From Fidelibacterota bacterium (GTDB taxonomy: Bacteria > Fidelibacterota > Marinisomatia > Marinisomatales > TCS56): 31,586 nucleotides of DNA. The DNA lies in contig JBDRBK010000019.1 in assembly GCA_043822705.1 (NCBI GenBank), positions 1 to 31,586 on the forward strand, written 5' to 3'. The first letter of the stretch is position 1. The number at the start of each line of letters is the position of its first letter. Position numbers and translations under genes: made by a program. Under the pieces are notes generated by a model. That model saw only the letters and a program-made list of their open reading frames with translations. It did no database searches and was not told the origin of the DNA. Below, piece after piece: positions 1 through 13,500 of this stretch.

Positions 1-105
1 CTCTCCCCCGGCACTAATTTCCCAAAATCAATCTTCCCAATTCCCACCGCCGCACATTAAAATAGACCGTGGATTTATCATTTTTAACGCCAATTTTAAC
101 GCTCA

Positions 106-3546
<3,441 letters not shown>

Positions 3547-3585
3547 CAGTAAAATACAAAGACACCATGTTCGTGAAGGGAACGG

Positions 3586-3617
3586 AGTCATTTAGTCATT
3601 AAGTCATTGGGTCAAAT
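3586..3617. repeat. Degenerate 8-bp tandem repeat (AGTCATTN x ~4)
   Basis: AGTCATTT AGTCATTA AGTCATTG GGTCAAAT, with GTCA at 3587, 3595, 3603 and 3611. Confidence 0.75.
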
Positions 3618-3852
3618 ATTGTAATTGGCGATTGGAGACCTGGAGTGTTACTTATAACTTGGTTCGACCGTTCTTGACTCTGATTTCTTTCCTCCCGGCA
3701 TTTACCGGAGTAATTCATGGATTCAGCGGATAACTATTTTCTGATTCAAAGCAGTGAGTTTTTACGTGTTTTTACCGATATTAATTCTTAAATCATAAAT
3801 AATAATTTTTCGATGATTTCGTTATCTTGGTCGTTCTCATGAGGAAAGAAAA

Positions 3853-4299
3853 ATGATTGCCGTCATCCAGCGTGTTTCGGAAAGCAGGGTCGTAGTTGAT
3901 GGGAAAATCGTCGGTGAAATCGGTCCGGGCCTGCTGATTTTGCTGGGAGTGTTCGACGGTGACACCGAGACTGACGGCCAATTCCTGGCCGATAAGATCG
4001 CCGGTTTGCGCATCTTCAACGATGAAAACAGCAAGATGAATTTATCGCTACGGGATGCGGGTGGAGCCGCCCTGGTGGTGAGCCAGTTCACGCTTTGCGG
4101 CGACTGGCGCAAGGGACGGCGGCCGTCGTTTATTCATGCCGCCGAACCGGCGGAAGGGGAGCGGCTGTATGGGAATTTCATGGATCGGCTGCGATCGCAG
4201 GACCTGCCGGTGGAATCGGGGGTCTTCGGCGCAATGATGGCTGTCAACCTGGTAAACGACGGTCCGGTGACTTTTGTGCTGGATAGTAAAGCGCATTAA
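3853..4299 (+). CDS. dtd: D-aminoacyl-tRNA deacylase
   Basis: 148 aa. AVIQRV start, SQFTL and NDGPVT signature motifs. SD-like GAGGA upstream. Confidence 0.97.
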   Translation: MIAVIQRVSESRVVVDGKIVGEIGPGLLILLGVFDGDTETDGQFLADKIAGLRIFNDENSKMNLSLRDAGGAALVVSQFTLCGDWRKGRRPSFIHAAEPAEGERLYGNFMDRLRSQDLPVESGVFGAMMAVNLVNDGPVTFVLDSKAH

Positions 4300-4377
4300 A
4301 CCCAATAGTATTTTGTTTAAATTGACCCGGCTCTACTTATTCAATTTCTTGAATTTGCGGATTATTTACGGAGTAGT

Positions 4378-4971
4378 ATGATTAACAAATCAATCTGGCT
4401 GGTTGTTGTACTGTCATGGGCCTTTGCCCTGCCCAATCAGTACCTGACCGCCGGTTTTAATTATTCAGCAATCAAGTATAACCAGCGGTCGCTGAACGAA
4501 CAGATCACTGTCGATTTCGTGCGGGGGTATATCTTTGGGTTCGAATATCAATGGGACCGGCTGCAGGCCGGATTCCGTTATTCCGGCCGGGGCGCCCAAT
4601 CCGACTTGTCGGACATTGCCGAAACGCGTTTCATCAGCATTGAAAATTACAGCTATCTCGAAGTGTACGGGGTATACAAGCGACCGATCCGGAACGGGCG
4701 ATTTTCCCTGTTGCTGGGTCCGCAGATGGGCATTCCGCTGGGTGGCAGCTATGTAATCAACACCGCCACCTTCTCTGCCAATGGTTCCATTAGCCGGGGT
4801 TCACTGAACATGGATTTGGGCCTGCACGGTGGTATTGACTGGGACATGCACCAGTTTGTCGGCGTTCGCTGCCTCTATTATCTGGGTCTGATCGATATTA
4901 ACAAAGCAGTGCCGAAATCGGAAAATGTAAAAAACCGTGGCCTGTCGTTGATTTTTTATTTTGGATTGTAG
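4378..4971 (+). CDS. Outer-membrane beta-barrel protein (PorT/OmpA-barrel-like)
   Basis: Signal peptide, alternating amphipathic beta-strands (YLEV, LLLGPQMG, MDLGLHGG, YYLGLIDI) and an aromatic C-terminal strand. SD GGAG upstream. Confidence 0.75.
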   Translation: MINKSIWLVVVLSWAFALPNQYLTAGFNYSAIKYNQRSLNEQITVDFVRGYIFGFEYQWDRLQAGFRYSGRGAQSDLSDIAETRFISIENYSYLEVYGVYKRPIRNGRFSLLLGPQMGIPLGGSYVINTATFSANGSISRGSLNMDLGLHGGIDWDMHQFVGVRCLYYLGLIDINKAVPKSENVKNRGLSLIFYFGL

Positions 4972-5003
4972 GCCTTCTCCTACAGTTTTGCCCGATCACA
5001 AAA

Positions 5004-5044
5004 AGCAATTGCCGGGAAGTGAATTTTATCCCGGGCAATTTGCT
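5004..5044. other. Imperfect inverted repeat/hairpin in intergenic region
   Basis: AGCAATTGCCGGGA-N11-TCCCGGGCAATTTGCT pairs with two single-base bulges. No U-tract follows on the + strand. Confidence 0.45.
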
Positions 5045-5148
5045 GGAAATCCTTCTCAGGTTCATTAAATTCACCGGTGTCCATTTGCGACTGATGGTAA
5101 CAATTCACCCGCAGCGTTTATTCAGGGGTACTAAAAAGGTATTATTTC

Positions 5149-5553
5149 ATGGAACGTAAAATTCGTATTTTGATGGCCAAACCCGGCCTGGACGGTCATG
5201 ACCGTGGAATCAAGGTCCTGGCCGCCGCCTACCGCGATGCCGGGATGGAAGTAATCTATCTAGGTCTGCGCCAGACAGCGGAAATGATTGTCTCGGCGGC
5301 CCTCCAGGAAGATGTGGATGTGGTGGCCCTGTCGATTCTCTCCGGCGCGCACATGACGATCTTTCCCCGGGTACGGGAACTGATGCAGGAAAAAGGCCTG
5401 GACGATGTACTGCTCACCGGTGGCGGCATCATCCCCGAAAAAGATATGGAAAAACTGGCGGCGCTGGGCGTCGGTCGCCTGTTCGGGCCTGGCACCCCGG
5501 TGCAGGATACGATCGATTATATCACCGACTGGGTTACCCGGAACCGCCGATGA
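5149..5553 (+). CDS. Methylmalonyl-CoA mutase C-terminal cobalamin-binding subunit (stand-alone)
   Basis: [11 protein letters not shown] (DxHxxG), SILSGAH, GGGIIP and FGPGT motifs. 134 aa. Confidence 0.95.
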   Translation: MERKIRILMAKPGLDGHDRGIKVLAAAYRDAGMEVIYLGLRQTAEMIVSAALQEDVDVVALSILSGAHMTIFPRVRELMQEKGLDDVLLTGGGIIPEKDMEKLAALGVGRLFGPGTPVQDTIDYITDWVTRNRR

Positions 5554-7094
5554 CCACTAAAATCAGGGAACTGGAAGAGCGTCGTGCACTGGCCCGCCTG
5601 GGAGGCGGCCAGGAGCGGATCGACCAGCAGCATGCAAAAGGCAAGCTGACCGCCCGCGAACGAGTCGACCTGCTGCTGGACAAAGGTTCCTTTGTCGAGA
5701 CCGATATGTTCGTCAAACATCACACCCACGATTTCGGCCTCGATAAAAAGCAGTACCTGGGGGATGGAGTCGTTACCGGTTACGGCACGATCAATGGTCG
5801 CAAGGTGTTTGTCTTTAGCCAGGATTTCACTGTTTTCGGTGGGTCGCTGTCGATGGCCCACGCCGAGAAAATCTGCAAGATCATGGACCATGCCGGCAAA
5901 GTCGGCATCCCGCTGATCGGACTCAACGATTCCGGCGGCGCCCGCATCCAGGAAGGTGTGGTCAGCCTGGGGGCCTATGCCGAAATTTTTCTGCGCAACA
6001 CGCTATATTCCGGTGTCGTGCCCCAGATTTCGGTGATCCTGGGACCCTGCGCCGGCGGCGCGGTATATTCCCCGGCGATCACCGATTTCACGATCATGAC
6101 CAAGGGCACCAGCCATATGTTCGTTACCGGTCCCAATGTGGTCAAAACAGTCACCCACGAAGATGTGACCTTCGAAGAACTGGGTGGCGCCATGACCCAC
6201 GCCAGTAAATCGGGCGTGGCCCATTTCGCCGGCGAAAACGAGGTCGATTCGCTGGAGATCACCAAGAAGCTGTTGAGCTATTTTCCGCCCAATAATCAGG
6301 AAGATCCGCCATTTGTCGAAAGCGACGATCCGGACGACCGCGAGAGTCCCGAGCTGGATACGATCGTGCCGGAAAATCCCAACAAGGCCTATGACATGCA
6401 TGTCGTCATCGCCGCCGTGGTGGATAATGGCGAATTCCTGGAGGTTCACGAACATTACGCCCGCAACATCGTGGTGGGCTTCGCCCGCCTGGGCGGTTAT
6501 TCCGTGGGAATCGTGGCCAATCATCCGGCCCATCTGGCGGGGGCGCTGGACAACGATTCGTCGATGAAGGGCGCCCGTTTCGTGCGTTTCTGCGACGCCT
6601 TCAATATCCCGATCGTCACATTCGAGGATGTGCCCGGTTTTCTGCCCGGTACGAACCAGGAATGGGGCGGTATCATCAAGAACGGCGCCAAACTGCTGTA
6701 CGCCTACTGCGAGGCCACCGTGCCGAAAATCACCATCATTACCCGCAAGGCCTATGGCGGCGCCTACGATGTTATGAGCTCTAAGCATATCCGCGGTGAT
6801 GTCAACCTGGCCTGGCCCTCGGCCGAGATCGCGGTGATGGGTCCCAAGGGCGCGGTCGAGATCATCTTCCGCAAGGAAATCGCCGATGCCGACGATAAAA
6901 TCGCCATGGAGCAGCAACTGGCCGAGAATTACCGCGACCGTTTCGCCAACCCCTACGTCGCGGCGGAATGGGGCTACCTGGACGATATTATCGAACCGCG
7001 CCGGACCAGGAAAAAAATTATTGACGCACTGCGAATGCTGGAAAATAAGGTCGACCATAACCCGCGCAAGAAGCACGGCAATATTCCGCTGTGA
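5550..7094 (+). CDS. pccB: Acyl-CoA carboxylase carboxyltransferase subunit (PccB/MmdA type)
   Basis: [45 protein letters not shown] and [12 protein letters not shown] overlap with the mutase subunit gene. Confidence 0.93.
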   Translation: MTTKIRELEERRALARLGGGQERIDQQHAKGKLTARERVDLLLDKGSFVETDMFVKHHTHDFGLDKKQYLGDGVVTGYGTINGRKVFVFSQDFTVFGGSLSMAHAEKICKIMDHAGKVGIPLIGLNDSGGARIQEGVVSLGAYAEIFLRNTLYSGVVPQISVILGPCAGGAVYSPAITDFTIMTKGTSHMFVTGPNVVKTVTHEDVTFEELGGAMTHASKSGVAHFAGENEVDSLEITKKLLSYFPPNNQEDPPFVESDDPDDRESPELDTIVPENPNKAYDMHVVIAAVVDNGEFLEVHEHYARNIVVGFARLGGYSVGIVANHPAHLAGALDNDSSMKGARFVRFCDAFNIPIVTFEDVPGFLPGTNQEWGGIIKNGAKLLYAYCEATVPKITIITRKAYGGAYDVMSSKHIRGDVNLAWPSAEIAVMGPKGAVEIIFRKEIADADDKIAMEQQLAENYRDRFANPYVAAEWGYLDDIIEPRRTRKKIIDALRMLENKVDHNPRKKHGNIPL

Positions 7095-7131
7095 CCAAGA
7101 TTATCAATCATCAACCGATTGAGGAAAGTAC

Positions 7132-7791
7132 ATGATCAATCTGGATTTGAAAAACAGCCTTGAACAGCAGTTCGCCGGCGATTTCGCCACTGATCGATAT
7201 AACGAACTGGCCGATATTTATATCCGGGAAGGTAATTATGTCCGGGCCCGGACTGTCTGCGAGATCGGTCTCAGTTACCATCCCCTGGATGCCACCGGGT
7301 TGTTTCTGCTGGCGCAGATCACTCTGGGCGAAGGCGACCTGGCCGGGGCGGAAAAAATTCTGCAGTACCTGCTGGGCGAGTACCCGGACCACCGACAAGG
7401 CGTGCATCTGCTGGTGACGATCCAGGAACGTTTGAACCGTCCACCCGACATCCTGCGCCAGGGCTGGGAATACCTGTTGCGGCTGGACCCCGGCAACACT
7501 CAGGCCAAGGTATTTCTCCAGCGTCTGAGTCCCGCCGCGCCGATAACGGCCCCGGCCCCCGAGAAACCGGCCCCGCCCCCGGTGGAAGCGCTGATAGACG
7601 ACCAGACTTCCACTGTCGGACCGATCAACGCCCGGCTGGCGACCTTTACGCTGGTGGCGGTTCTGAAAGATCAGGGCCTCTTCCACCAGGCGCTGGAAGT
7701 ATTGGATGTACTGGAAGAAAAAGGCCGCGATCCCGAACGGATTGTCGCCGAACGGGAAAAAATCAACGAAATGATCAAGACCATGGCGTAA
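7132..7791 (+). CDS. Tetratricopeptide-repeat protein
   Basis: Three to four TPR-like helical repeats, a Pro/Ala linker and a C-terminal TL..L..QG....A..VL helix pair. SD GAGGA. Confidence 0.75.
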   Translation: MINLDLKNSLEQQFAGDFATDRYNELADIYIREGNYVRARTVCEIGLSYHPLDATGLFLLAQITLGEGDLAGAEKILQYLLGEYPDHRQGVHLLVTIQERLNRPPDILRQGWEYLLRLDPGNTQAKVFLQRLSPAAPITAPAPEKPAPPPVEALIDDQTSTVGPINARLATFTLVAVLKDQGLFHQALEVLDVLEEKGRDPERIVAEREKINEMIKTMA

Positions 7792-7830
7792 ACGCCCGGT
7801 GGTACGAAACGGATTGAAAAGGAAATTGTA

Positions 7831-8913
7831 ATGAATGCTGTCAATTATGCCCGTCGCCTCGAAAAACTGCGAAAAATGCTGGCGGAACTCGATCTGGACG
7901 GAATGCTGGTATCCAACCTGACCAACGTGCGTTACCTGTCCGGTTTCACCGGCTCGGCCGGTTCCCTGCTGGTCCTCCCCGATAAGCAGTATTTCTTTTC
8001 CGACGGCCGCTACCTGACCCAGTCCAAAGAGCAGGTCCAGGGCTTCGAGCGGGTCATCGACAGCGATCCCCACCTGAAAAGCGTGCGGAAACGCGACCTG
8101 GTTCCCGACGGATTGAATCTGGCCTTCGAAGGCGATGTCGTTTCCGTCAACACCTTTGGCGAGATGGATGAATTATTTCCCCAGGTGGACTGGGAACCGA
8201 CCACCCGCATCGTCGAGGAAATCGCCGCCGTCAAGGATGCGGCGGAACTGGAACTGATCCGTCAGGCCGTAGCTATCACCGACCGGACATTTGAAGAGAT
8301 TTTGCCCCTGTTGAAACCGGGAACGACCGAGAAAGCCGTGGCCAATGTCATTCGCAATAAATATTTCGAGTACGGCGACGGTGAAGGTTTCGATACTATC
8401 ATCGCCGGGGGACCCAACAGCGCCCTGCCGCACGCCCGGCCGACCGATCGTCCATTCCAAATCGGCGATTTTGTGGTCGTCGACACCGGCGCCCTGTTCG
8501 CCGGCTACACGGCCGACATGACCCGTACCGTCCTGATCGGCGAAGCGACGGCCAAGCACCTGGAATTCTATGAGATTGTCAAGAACGCCCAGCAAGCCGC
8601 CTGCGATGCCATCAAGGCCGGCGTCTCCTGCAAGCTGCCGGATGACGCCGCCCGGAATTATATCGCCGGCCGCGGGTACGGCGATCTGTACATTCACGGC
8701 ACGGGCCATGGAATCGGCCTGGAAATTCATACCATGCCGCGCCTGAGCCAGGTCAGCCAGGATACCCTGCTGGAAAATTATGTAGTCACCGTCGAGCCGG
8801 GTATTTACGAAGCCGGCTGGAACGGTGTGCGGATCGAGGATGATGTCGTCGTGAAAAAGAACGGCTGCGAAATCCTGAACCGTACCACCCGGGATCTGCT
8901 GATCCTGAAATAA
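7831..8913 (+). CDS. Xaa-Pro aminopeptidase/dipeptidase (M24B)
   Basis: Creatinase-like N-domain (NVRYLSGFTGS), SALPH, DTG...DMTRT, HGTGHGIGLEIH, TVEPGIY and GVRIED. Confidence 0.96.
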   Translation: MNAVNYARRLEKLRKMLAELDLDGMLVSNLTNVRYLSGFTGSAGSLLVLPDKQYFFSDGRYLTQSKEQVQGFERVIDSDPHLKSVRKRDLVPDGLNLAFEGDVVSVNTFGEMDELFPQVDWEPTTRIVEEIAAVKDAAELELIRQAVAITDRTFEEILPLLKPGTTEKAVANVIRNKYFEYGDGEGFDTIIAGGPNSALPHARPTDRPFQIGDFVVVDTGALFAGYTADMTRTVLIGEATAKHLEFYEIVKNAQQAACDAIKAGVSCKLPDDAARNYIAGRGYGDLYIHGTGHGIGLEIHTMPRLSQVSQDTLLENYVVTVEPGIYEAGWNGVRIEDDVVVKKNGCEILNRTTRDLLILK

Positions 8914-8954
8914 TTGACGCCGGTCCTGTATTTAAACGCTATTGAGATCGATTG

Positions 8955-9713
8955 ATGAACCAAATACGTGACATTTACGCCGCGCCGGAATTGTACGATG
9001 CCCTGCACTGGTGGAAAAATAATGACTGTGATTTTATTGCCGGCTGGGCGGAAAAATCCGGCAGCCCGGTGCTGGAACTGGCCGCCGGCACCGGCCGGCT
9101 GGCGCAGCCGATCCTGGCCCGGGGACTGAACTACACCGGCCTCGAATTGAGCCCCGAATACGCCCGGGTAGCCGCGGCCAAGCTGGCGCCCTTCGGCGAT
9201 CGTGCCCGGATCGTCCGCGGCGACATGCGCGACTTCCATTTGGGGCGTGAATTCAAATTCATTTTTATCGGTTTCAATTCCTTTCTGCACCTCTACCGCG
9301 ATGAGGACGCCCTGGCCTGCCTGCGCTGCATCCGCGAACATCTGGCCGTCGGGGGTCGCCTGCTAATCGACATGTTTGTGCCTGATCCGTCCTTTTTGTA
9401 TCGGGAAGCGGGTGTCCTTTACGATGTTGCCAGCTTCCATCATCCGCTGGGCGGCTATTGCACGATCAGGGAAACCAACGATTACGACGAGGAATCGGAA
9501 ATCAATCACGTGGACTGGTATTTCTACCGGCCGCTCGCACGGCTACCGGAACGGTTCAGCTTCGATATGCGCATTTATTATCCCGACACCATGGATCGTA
9601 TGTTGACCGATGCCGGACTGGCGATCCTGGAAAAATACGGCGACCGCGCCGGCACGCCGTTTGGTCCCGACAGCGAACTCCAGATTTATATCTGCGGCGA
9701 CGGCAATGACTGA
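8955..9713 (+). CDS. Class I SAM-dependent methyltransferase
   Basis: VLELAAGTGR, GDMRDF, NSFLHL and L..GG.L motifs. ATG at 8955 (alternative TTG at 8952). Confidence 0.9.
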   Translation: MNQIRDIYAAPELYDALHWWKNNDCDFIAGWAEKSGSPVLELAAGTGRLAQPILARGLNYTGLELSPEYARVAAAKLAPFGDRARIVRGDMRDFHLGREFKFIFIGFNSFLHLYRDEDALACLRCIREHLAVGGRLLIDMFVPDPSFLYREAGVLYDVASFHHPLGGYCTIRETNDYDEESEINHVDWYFYRPLARLPERFSFDMRIYYPDTMDRMLTDAGLAILEKYGDRAGTPFGPDSELQIYICGDGND

Positions 9714-10320
9714 TATCCGGACGATTTTTTTCGATCTGGGCGGTGTTCTGTTCGAGTTGCAGGTCGAACAGACCATCAATTATCTGGCGGAAAAAGCGGG
9801 ATTGGACCCGCAAACGGTAGAGCAGGCCTTTCCGTTACAGGATTATTATCGTTTCGAACGTGGTGAAATGGATGAAATCGCCTTTTTCAACTGCTGGCGG
9901 GCGGCCCTGGACTCGACTGCGCTGACCGGTGCGGATTTCGACCATTCCTGGGGAATACTGGTCGGGGAGCCAACCGCGACCATGGCGCTGGTGGAAAAAC
10001 TGTTGCCGCACTACCGAATCTGGCTGCTTTCCAACACCAATGATTTTCACATCAGCCGGCTACAGGCGCACTACCCGCTGCTGGAACGGGTCCACGGCCG
10101 GATATATTCCTACCGGGAGGGCTGTCGCAAGCCGGAACCGGAGATATTCCAAGTCGCCCTGCAAAAAGCCGGCGCCAGGGCCGACCAGAGCCTGTTTATC
10201 GACGATATGATTGTGAATGTGCGGGCCGCCCGTCAACTGGGTATCCGCGGAATTGAGTTTACTTCGCCGGCCGAGCTGGAAATTGAATTGAAGCTGCTGG
10301 GGTTGCAGGGACTTGACTGA
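9706..10320 (+). CDS. HAD-family phosphatase (YihX-like, subfamily IA)
   Basis: FFDLGGV motif I, LLSNTN, RKPEPEIF and FIDD..NV. Start reassigned to ATG 9706, which overlaps the upstream gene end. Confidence 0.92.
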   Translation: MTDIRTIFFDLGGVLFELQVEQTINYLAEKAGLDPQTVEQAFPLQDYYRFERGEMDEIAFFNCWRAALDSTALTGADFDHSWGILVGEPTATMALVEKLLPHYRIWLLSNTNDFHISRLQAHYPLLERVHGRIYSYREGCRKPEPEIFQVALQKAGARADQSLFIDDMIVNVRAARQLGIRGIEFTSPAELEIELKLLGLQGLD

Positions 10321-11032
10321 ATTTGTGCATCGCGGCGCCGACAAGCGTGCCCAGAACCGGGCACTGTTCGAGGCCATCGCCCACCGTTATGATTTTCTGA
10401 ACCATTTTCTGAGCCTGGGACTGGATTTCTGGTGGCGCCGGCAGCTGGTACGACGCCTGCCCGTCGATTTTCGCGGGCCGCTGCTGGATGTCGCCACCGG
10501 TACCGGCGATCTGGCTCTGGCCCTGCGGCGACGCTTTCCGGAGATTGATTTGACCGGCCTGGATAACACACCCGCCATGCTGGACCATGCCTGTATTAAA
10601 ATGCAACGTCAACAACGTGAATTCAAAACGGTCGTAGCCGATGCCGAAAGTATTCCTGGTCCCGGTTCGGTTTTCGGCGCCCTGACGATTGCCTTCGGTC
10701 TGCGCAACATCGGTCATTATGACGCTGCCCTGCGGGAATTTTACCGGGTACTGCAACCGGGCGGCCGGTTGCTGATATTGGAATTCAATCGTCCGGTTTC
10801 GCGAATATTCGGTCCGCTCTACGGATTTTATTTTCACCGTATCCTGCCGGTTGTCGGCGCCTTGATTTCCGGCAGCAGCGCCTATCGCTACTTGCCCGAG
10901 TCGGTGGATAATTTCCCGGATCGGGCTTCCCTGCGAGCGTTGATTGCCGCCGCCGGTTTCGACCGGATTGCGATCGACGACCTGACTTTCGGCGTCGTTA
11001 CCCTGGTTACAGCCAGGAAACCAATCGTTTAA
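10313..11032 (+). CDS. ubiE: Ubiquinone/menaquinone biosynthesis C-methyltransferase (MenG/UbiE)
   Basis: F..IA.RYD.LN..LSLG.D..WRR, LDVATGTGD, IAFGLRN, RVLQPGG and AYRYLPES. TTG start. Confidence 0.92.
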   Translation: MTEFVHRGADKRAQNRALFEAIAHRYDFLNHFLSLGLDFWWRRQLVRRLPVDFRGPLLDVATGTGDLALALRRRFPEIDLTGLDNTPAMLDHACIKMQRQQREFKTVVADAESIPGPGSVFGALTIAFGLRNIGHYDAALREFYRVLQPGGRLLILEFNRPVSRIFGPLYGFYFHRILPVVGALISGSSAYRYLPESVDNFPDRASLRALIAAAGFDRIAIDDLTFGVVTLVTARKPIV

Positions 11033-11033
11033 A

Positions 11034-11639
11034 CTACTGCTTTTTAACGAATTTAATTGTGCACCCCAGTGCCTTGGTATCGTTGGCGGTGATTGGTTTT
11101 CCGGCCAGCATAGCGTCGATGGCGTCGACCAGGTAATGCTGCTCGACCTTTTCGGGCTGGCGGGCGTTGTCGTCGATGGCACCCCGGTAGACCAGCTTTC
11201 CGGTGCGGTCGAACAGGAAAACATGCGGTGTTTTGGTAGCGCCGAAAGCCAGCGCCAGTTCGGAATTCAGGTCCAGCGCATAGTAAAAATTATAGCCCAT
11301 TTTGCCGGCATTGGCCTGCATATCTTCCAGATTGTCGCCTTTATCGCGATAGGCCGCGTTGGAGTTGATCGCCACCATGCCAATTCCCTGCGGTATATAT
11401 TTGGCTGCCAGCGTGAGGTAGCGGTCCTCCCATAGTTTTACCCAGGGACAGGTATTGCAGGAAAAAATCACCAACAGTCCTTCTTTCCCGGCAATCTCAC
11501 TTAGACTCAGACTTTTACCGCTGACGTCCGGCATCTTCTGATCGGCCAGGGGAATCGTTGCACCCAGCTCCAGACCGGCGGCCGGCAAACCGGAAAAAAT
11601 GAACACCCCCGATATGATTAATGCACTCAGCTTCTTCAT
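11034..11639 (-). CDS. Secreted thioredoxin-family (AhpC/TSA-like) redoxin
   Basis: Signal peptide MKKLSAL, CNTCP, GA.KTPHVF, YRGAIDD and GCTIK. SD AAGGAG before ATG 11639. Confidence 0.9.
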   Translation of the reverse strand: MKKLSALIISGVFIFSGLPAAGLELGATIPLADQKMPDVSGKSLSLSEIAGKEGLLVIFSCNTCPWVKLWEDRYLTLAAKYIPQGIGMVAINSNAAYRDKGDNLEDMQANAGKMGYNFYYALDLNSELALAFGATKTPHVFLFDRTGKLVYRGAIDDNARQPEKVEQHYLVDAIDAMLAGKPITANDTKALGCTIKFVKKQ

Positions 11640-11650
11640 TTGACGCTCCT

Positions 11651-12208
11651 TTAATTTTGCAATGCCTTGTCGATTGCCGCCACAAAACGCTGGCGGTCGG
11701 CTTCCCCTTCCCACAGATCAACGATATCACCGGATCGTCGGCCATAAACGATGGTAAACGGCACGGCGCCGGACCAGTCCCGATTAATACCGTTGATAAA
11801 ATCATTATCGCTGCCCACAGCTTTGATGAATGTCGTCTCCGGCACGCCCTGCTCCTGCAGGAATTTCTCCACGGCCGACCAGGCCTCCGGGAAATCGACG
11901 CTGATGAAATAAGTTGTGAGTCCGGCTGCGGTATATTCCCGGCTCAGCGCGACGATCATAGGGAATTCCTCGACACATGGTTGGCACCAGGTGGCCCAGA
12001 AATTGATCAGAACCGCCTGCTTTCCGTGGTGACCGGCTACTATCCGGTTGATGGCGTGAGAATTAACCTTCTGCAGCGCGCTGGTAACCGGCACCTGCCG
12101 GCACCCGGCGAATAACAGGAGTGCAAGCAAAGTAGAATATCCGATTATTCGATCCGGAATGAATCTGTCGGCAAATATACGCACTGTCCCGATTTCAGTG
12201 ATCGTCAC
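11651..12208 (-). CDS. TlpA-family thiol-disulfide oxidoreductase, probable lipoprotein
   Basis: INFWATWCQPCVEE.P and WSGAVPFT. Lipobox-like LFAGC. GTGA overlap with the upstream gene. Confidence 0.9.
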   Translation of the reverse strand: MTITEIGTVRIFADRFIPDRIIGYSTLLALLLFAGCRQVPVTSALQKVNSHAINRIVAGHHGKQAVLINFWATWCQPCVEEFPMIVALSREYTAAGLTTYFISVDFPEAWSAVEKFLQEQGVPETTFIKAVGSDNDFINGINRDWSGAVPFTIVYGRRSGDIVDLWEGEADRQRFVAAIDKALQN

Positions 12209-13476
12209 TTCAATTCGGTTTTCAGGACCACCACGTCGGCCAGTTGTTTCGGCGATAAAATGCTACCGTCGGCCGCGAAGGCCCGCAACTGGCTGTTGGC
12301 CAGATAATAGAAAGTGTTACCGGCAATTGCACCGGTGGTCGGTATATTGAATACCGGATTGGCGAATTCGATCAGTTCGGAACGCAGGATTGTATCACCG
12401 GCGGTATTCAAGTAAAACCGGCTGATGCGGCCGAGACCGTTCTGTACTGCGACCAGTGAATTTTCATAAAAATATAATCCGTCGATGCCGACTGTGGTGC
12501 AGCCCGCCGGCTGCTTGAGTGGTTTGAATTCAGCTGATTCGATATCCACCAGCACGACACCGTTTAAAGCACCAGCCAGGTAGAAACCGGTCTCGTCCGG
12601 CTTCAGGGCGATGCCGTTGGGATAGGTGAAATTGCCCGAGTGCAGGAACAATTCCAGGGTATCGGTTTCCCGGCGGATGCGATAAATATTACCGCCGCTG
12701 GAATCGGTGATATAAATGTCGCCGTTTTTCAGAATTACCAGATCGTTGAACAGATGCGGGTGCCCGTCCTCGAATAGTGTGTATTTTTTGATTAACCGGC
12801 CGCTGTTGAGATTGTACCTGAAGATACCCGACCAGCCCATTTCGGCCGGATCGTGCTGCCGCTGATTTGGCGTACTGACTTGGCTGCAGGCCCACAGTTC
12901 GCCGCGCAGCGGATCGACCTTAAGGCCGGTCACCGGCCGCAGGCCGTCCTGCCGTTCGCCGGTAAAATCAGCTACCTGCCCGTTCTGGTCGATTCTAATC
13001 AGCTTGGATTTATACAGGCTACCGATAAAGAAGGAACCGTCCAGCGGATTATAGGCGATCCCCTCGGGAATCAGATCGGATTCATTGACGGTGAATGCTG
13101 TTGTACTGTTATTGACCGGCTGATTCAGGGCCGCCGCTTTTTCCAGCAGCCGTTGAAATTCCGGGGAATCCTTGATCGAGCTGAAATCCGGGTCCTGATC
13201 GGCGCCGACGCCGATTCCCATCGAAATGCATTTTTCGAAGGCCTCCAATGCTGCGGCCGGCCGGCCGTTCAGGGCATAGGCGCAGGCCAGGTTGTAGGTG
13301 GTGAACGGCGAGTTGGGTGCCATGGCATACAATTTTTCCATGTGTCCGAGCCAGACGGCATAATCCTGGCTTTGATAAGCGGTTGTTGCCTTTTGGGTCA
13401 ACTCCTGGGCGCTGTCGCTGGTCGGCTGTCCGCAGGCAGCCACGATGATTGTCAATAGAATCAGATATTTTTTCAT
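12205..13476 (-). CDS. Lipoprotein with TPR-like domain and SMP-30/gluconolactonase-like beta-propeller
   Basis: Lipobox VAAC. YNLACAYAL.G and DPDF..I (TPR end). Propeller motifs PEGIA, FNDL, YITDS, PNGIA, GIDGL and PTTG. Confidence 0.8.
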   Translation of the reverse strand: MKKYLILLTIIVAACGQPTSDSAQELTQKATTAYQSQDYAVWLGHMEKLYAMAPNSPFTTYNLACAYALNGRPAAALEAFEKCISMGIGVGADQDPDFSSIKDSPEFQRLLEKAAALNQPVNNSTTAFTVNESDLIPEGIAYNPLDGSFFIGSLYKSKLIRIDQNGQVADFTGERQDGLRPVTGLKVDPLRGELWACSQVSTPNQRQHDPAEMGWSGIFRYNLNSGRLIKKYTLFEDGHPHLFNDLVILKNGDIYITDSSGGNIYRIRRETDTLELFLHSGNFTYPNGIALKPDETGFYLAGALNGVVLVDIESAEFKPLKQPAGCTTVGIDGLYFYENSLVAVQNGLGRISRFYLNTAGDTILRSELIEFANPVFNIPTTGAIAGNTFYYLANSQLRAFAADGSILSPKQLADVVVLKTELK

Positions 13477-13500
13477 TTTTATTCCCTGTGATAATATGAG

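Noticed and set aside
3586..3617. Repeat array as a CRISPR
   Set aside because: Units are 8 bp with no spacers, and there are no cas genes.
4972..5148. Possible cobalamin riboswitch upstream of the B12-binding subunit
   Set aside because: A GGGAA and a hairpin are present, but I cannot find the B12-box or the other conserved elements. An Rfam cmsearch would settle it.
6003..8073. Antisense ORFs of 357 and 320 aa opposite the carboxyltransferase, TPR and peptidase genes
   Set aside because: They overlap well-supported genes completely and show no family motifs.
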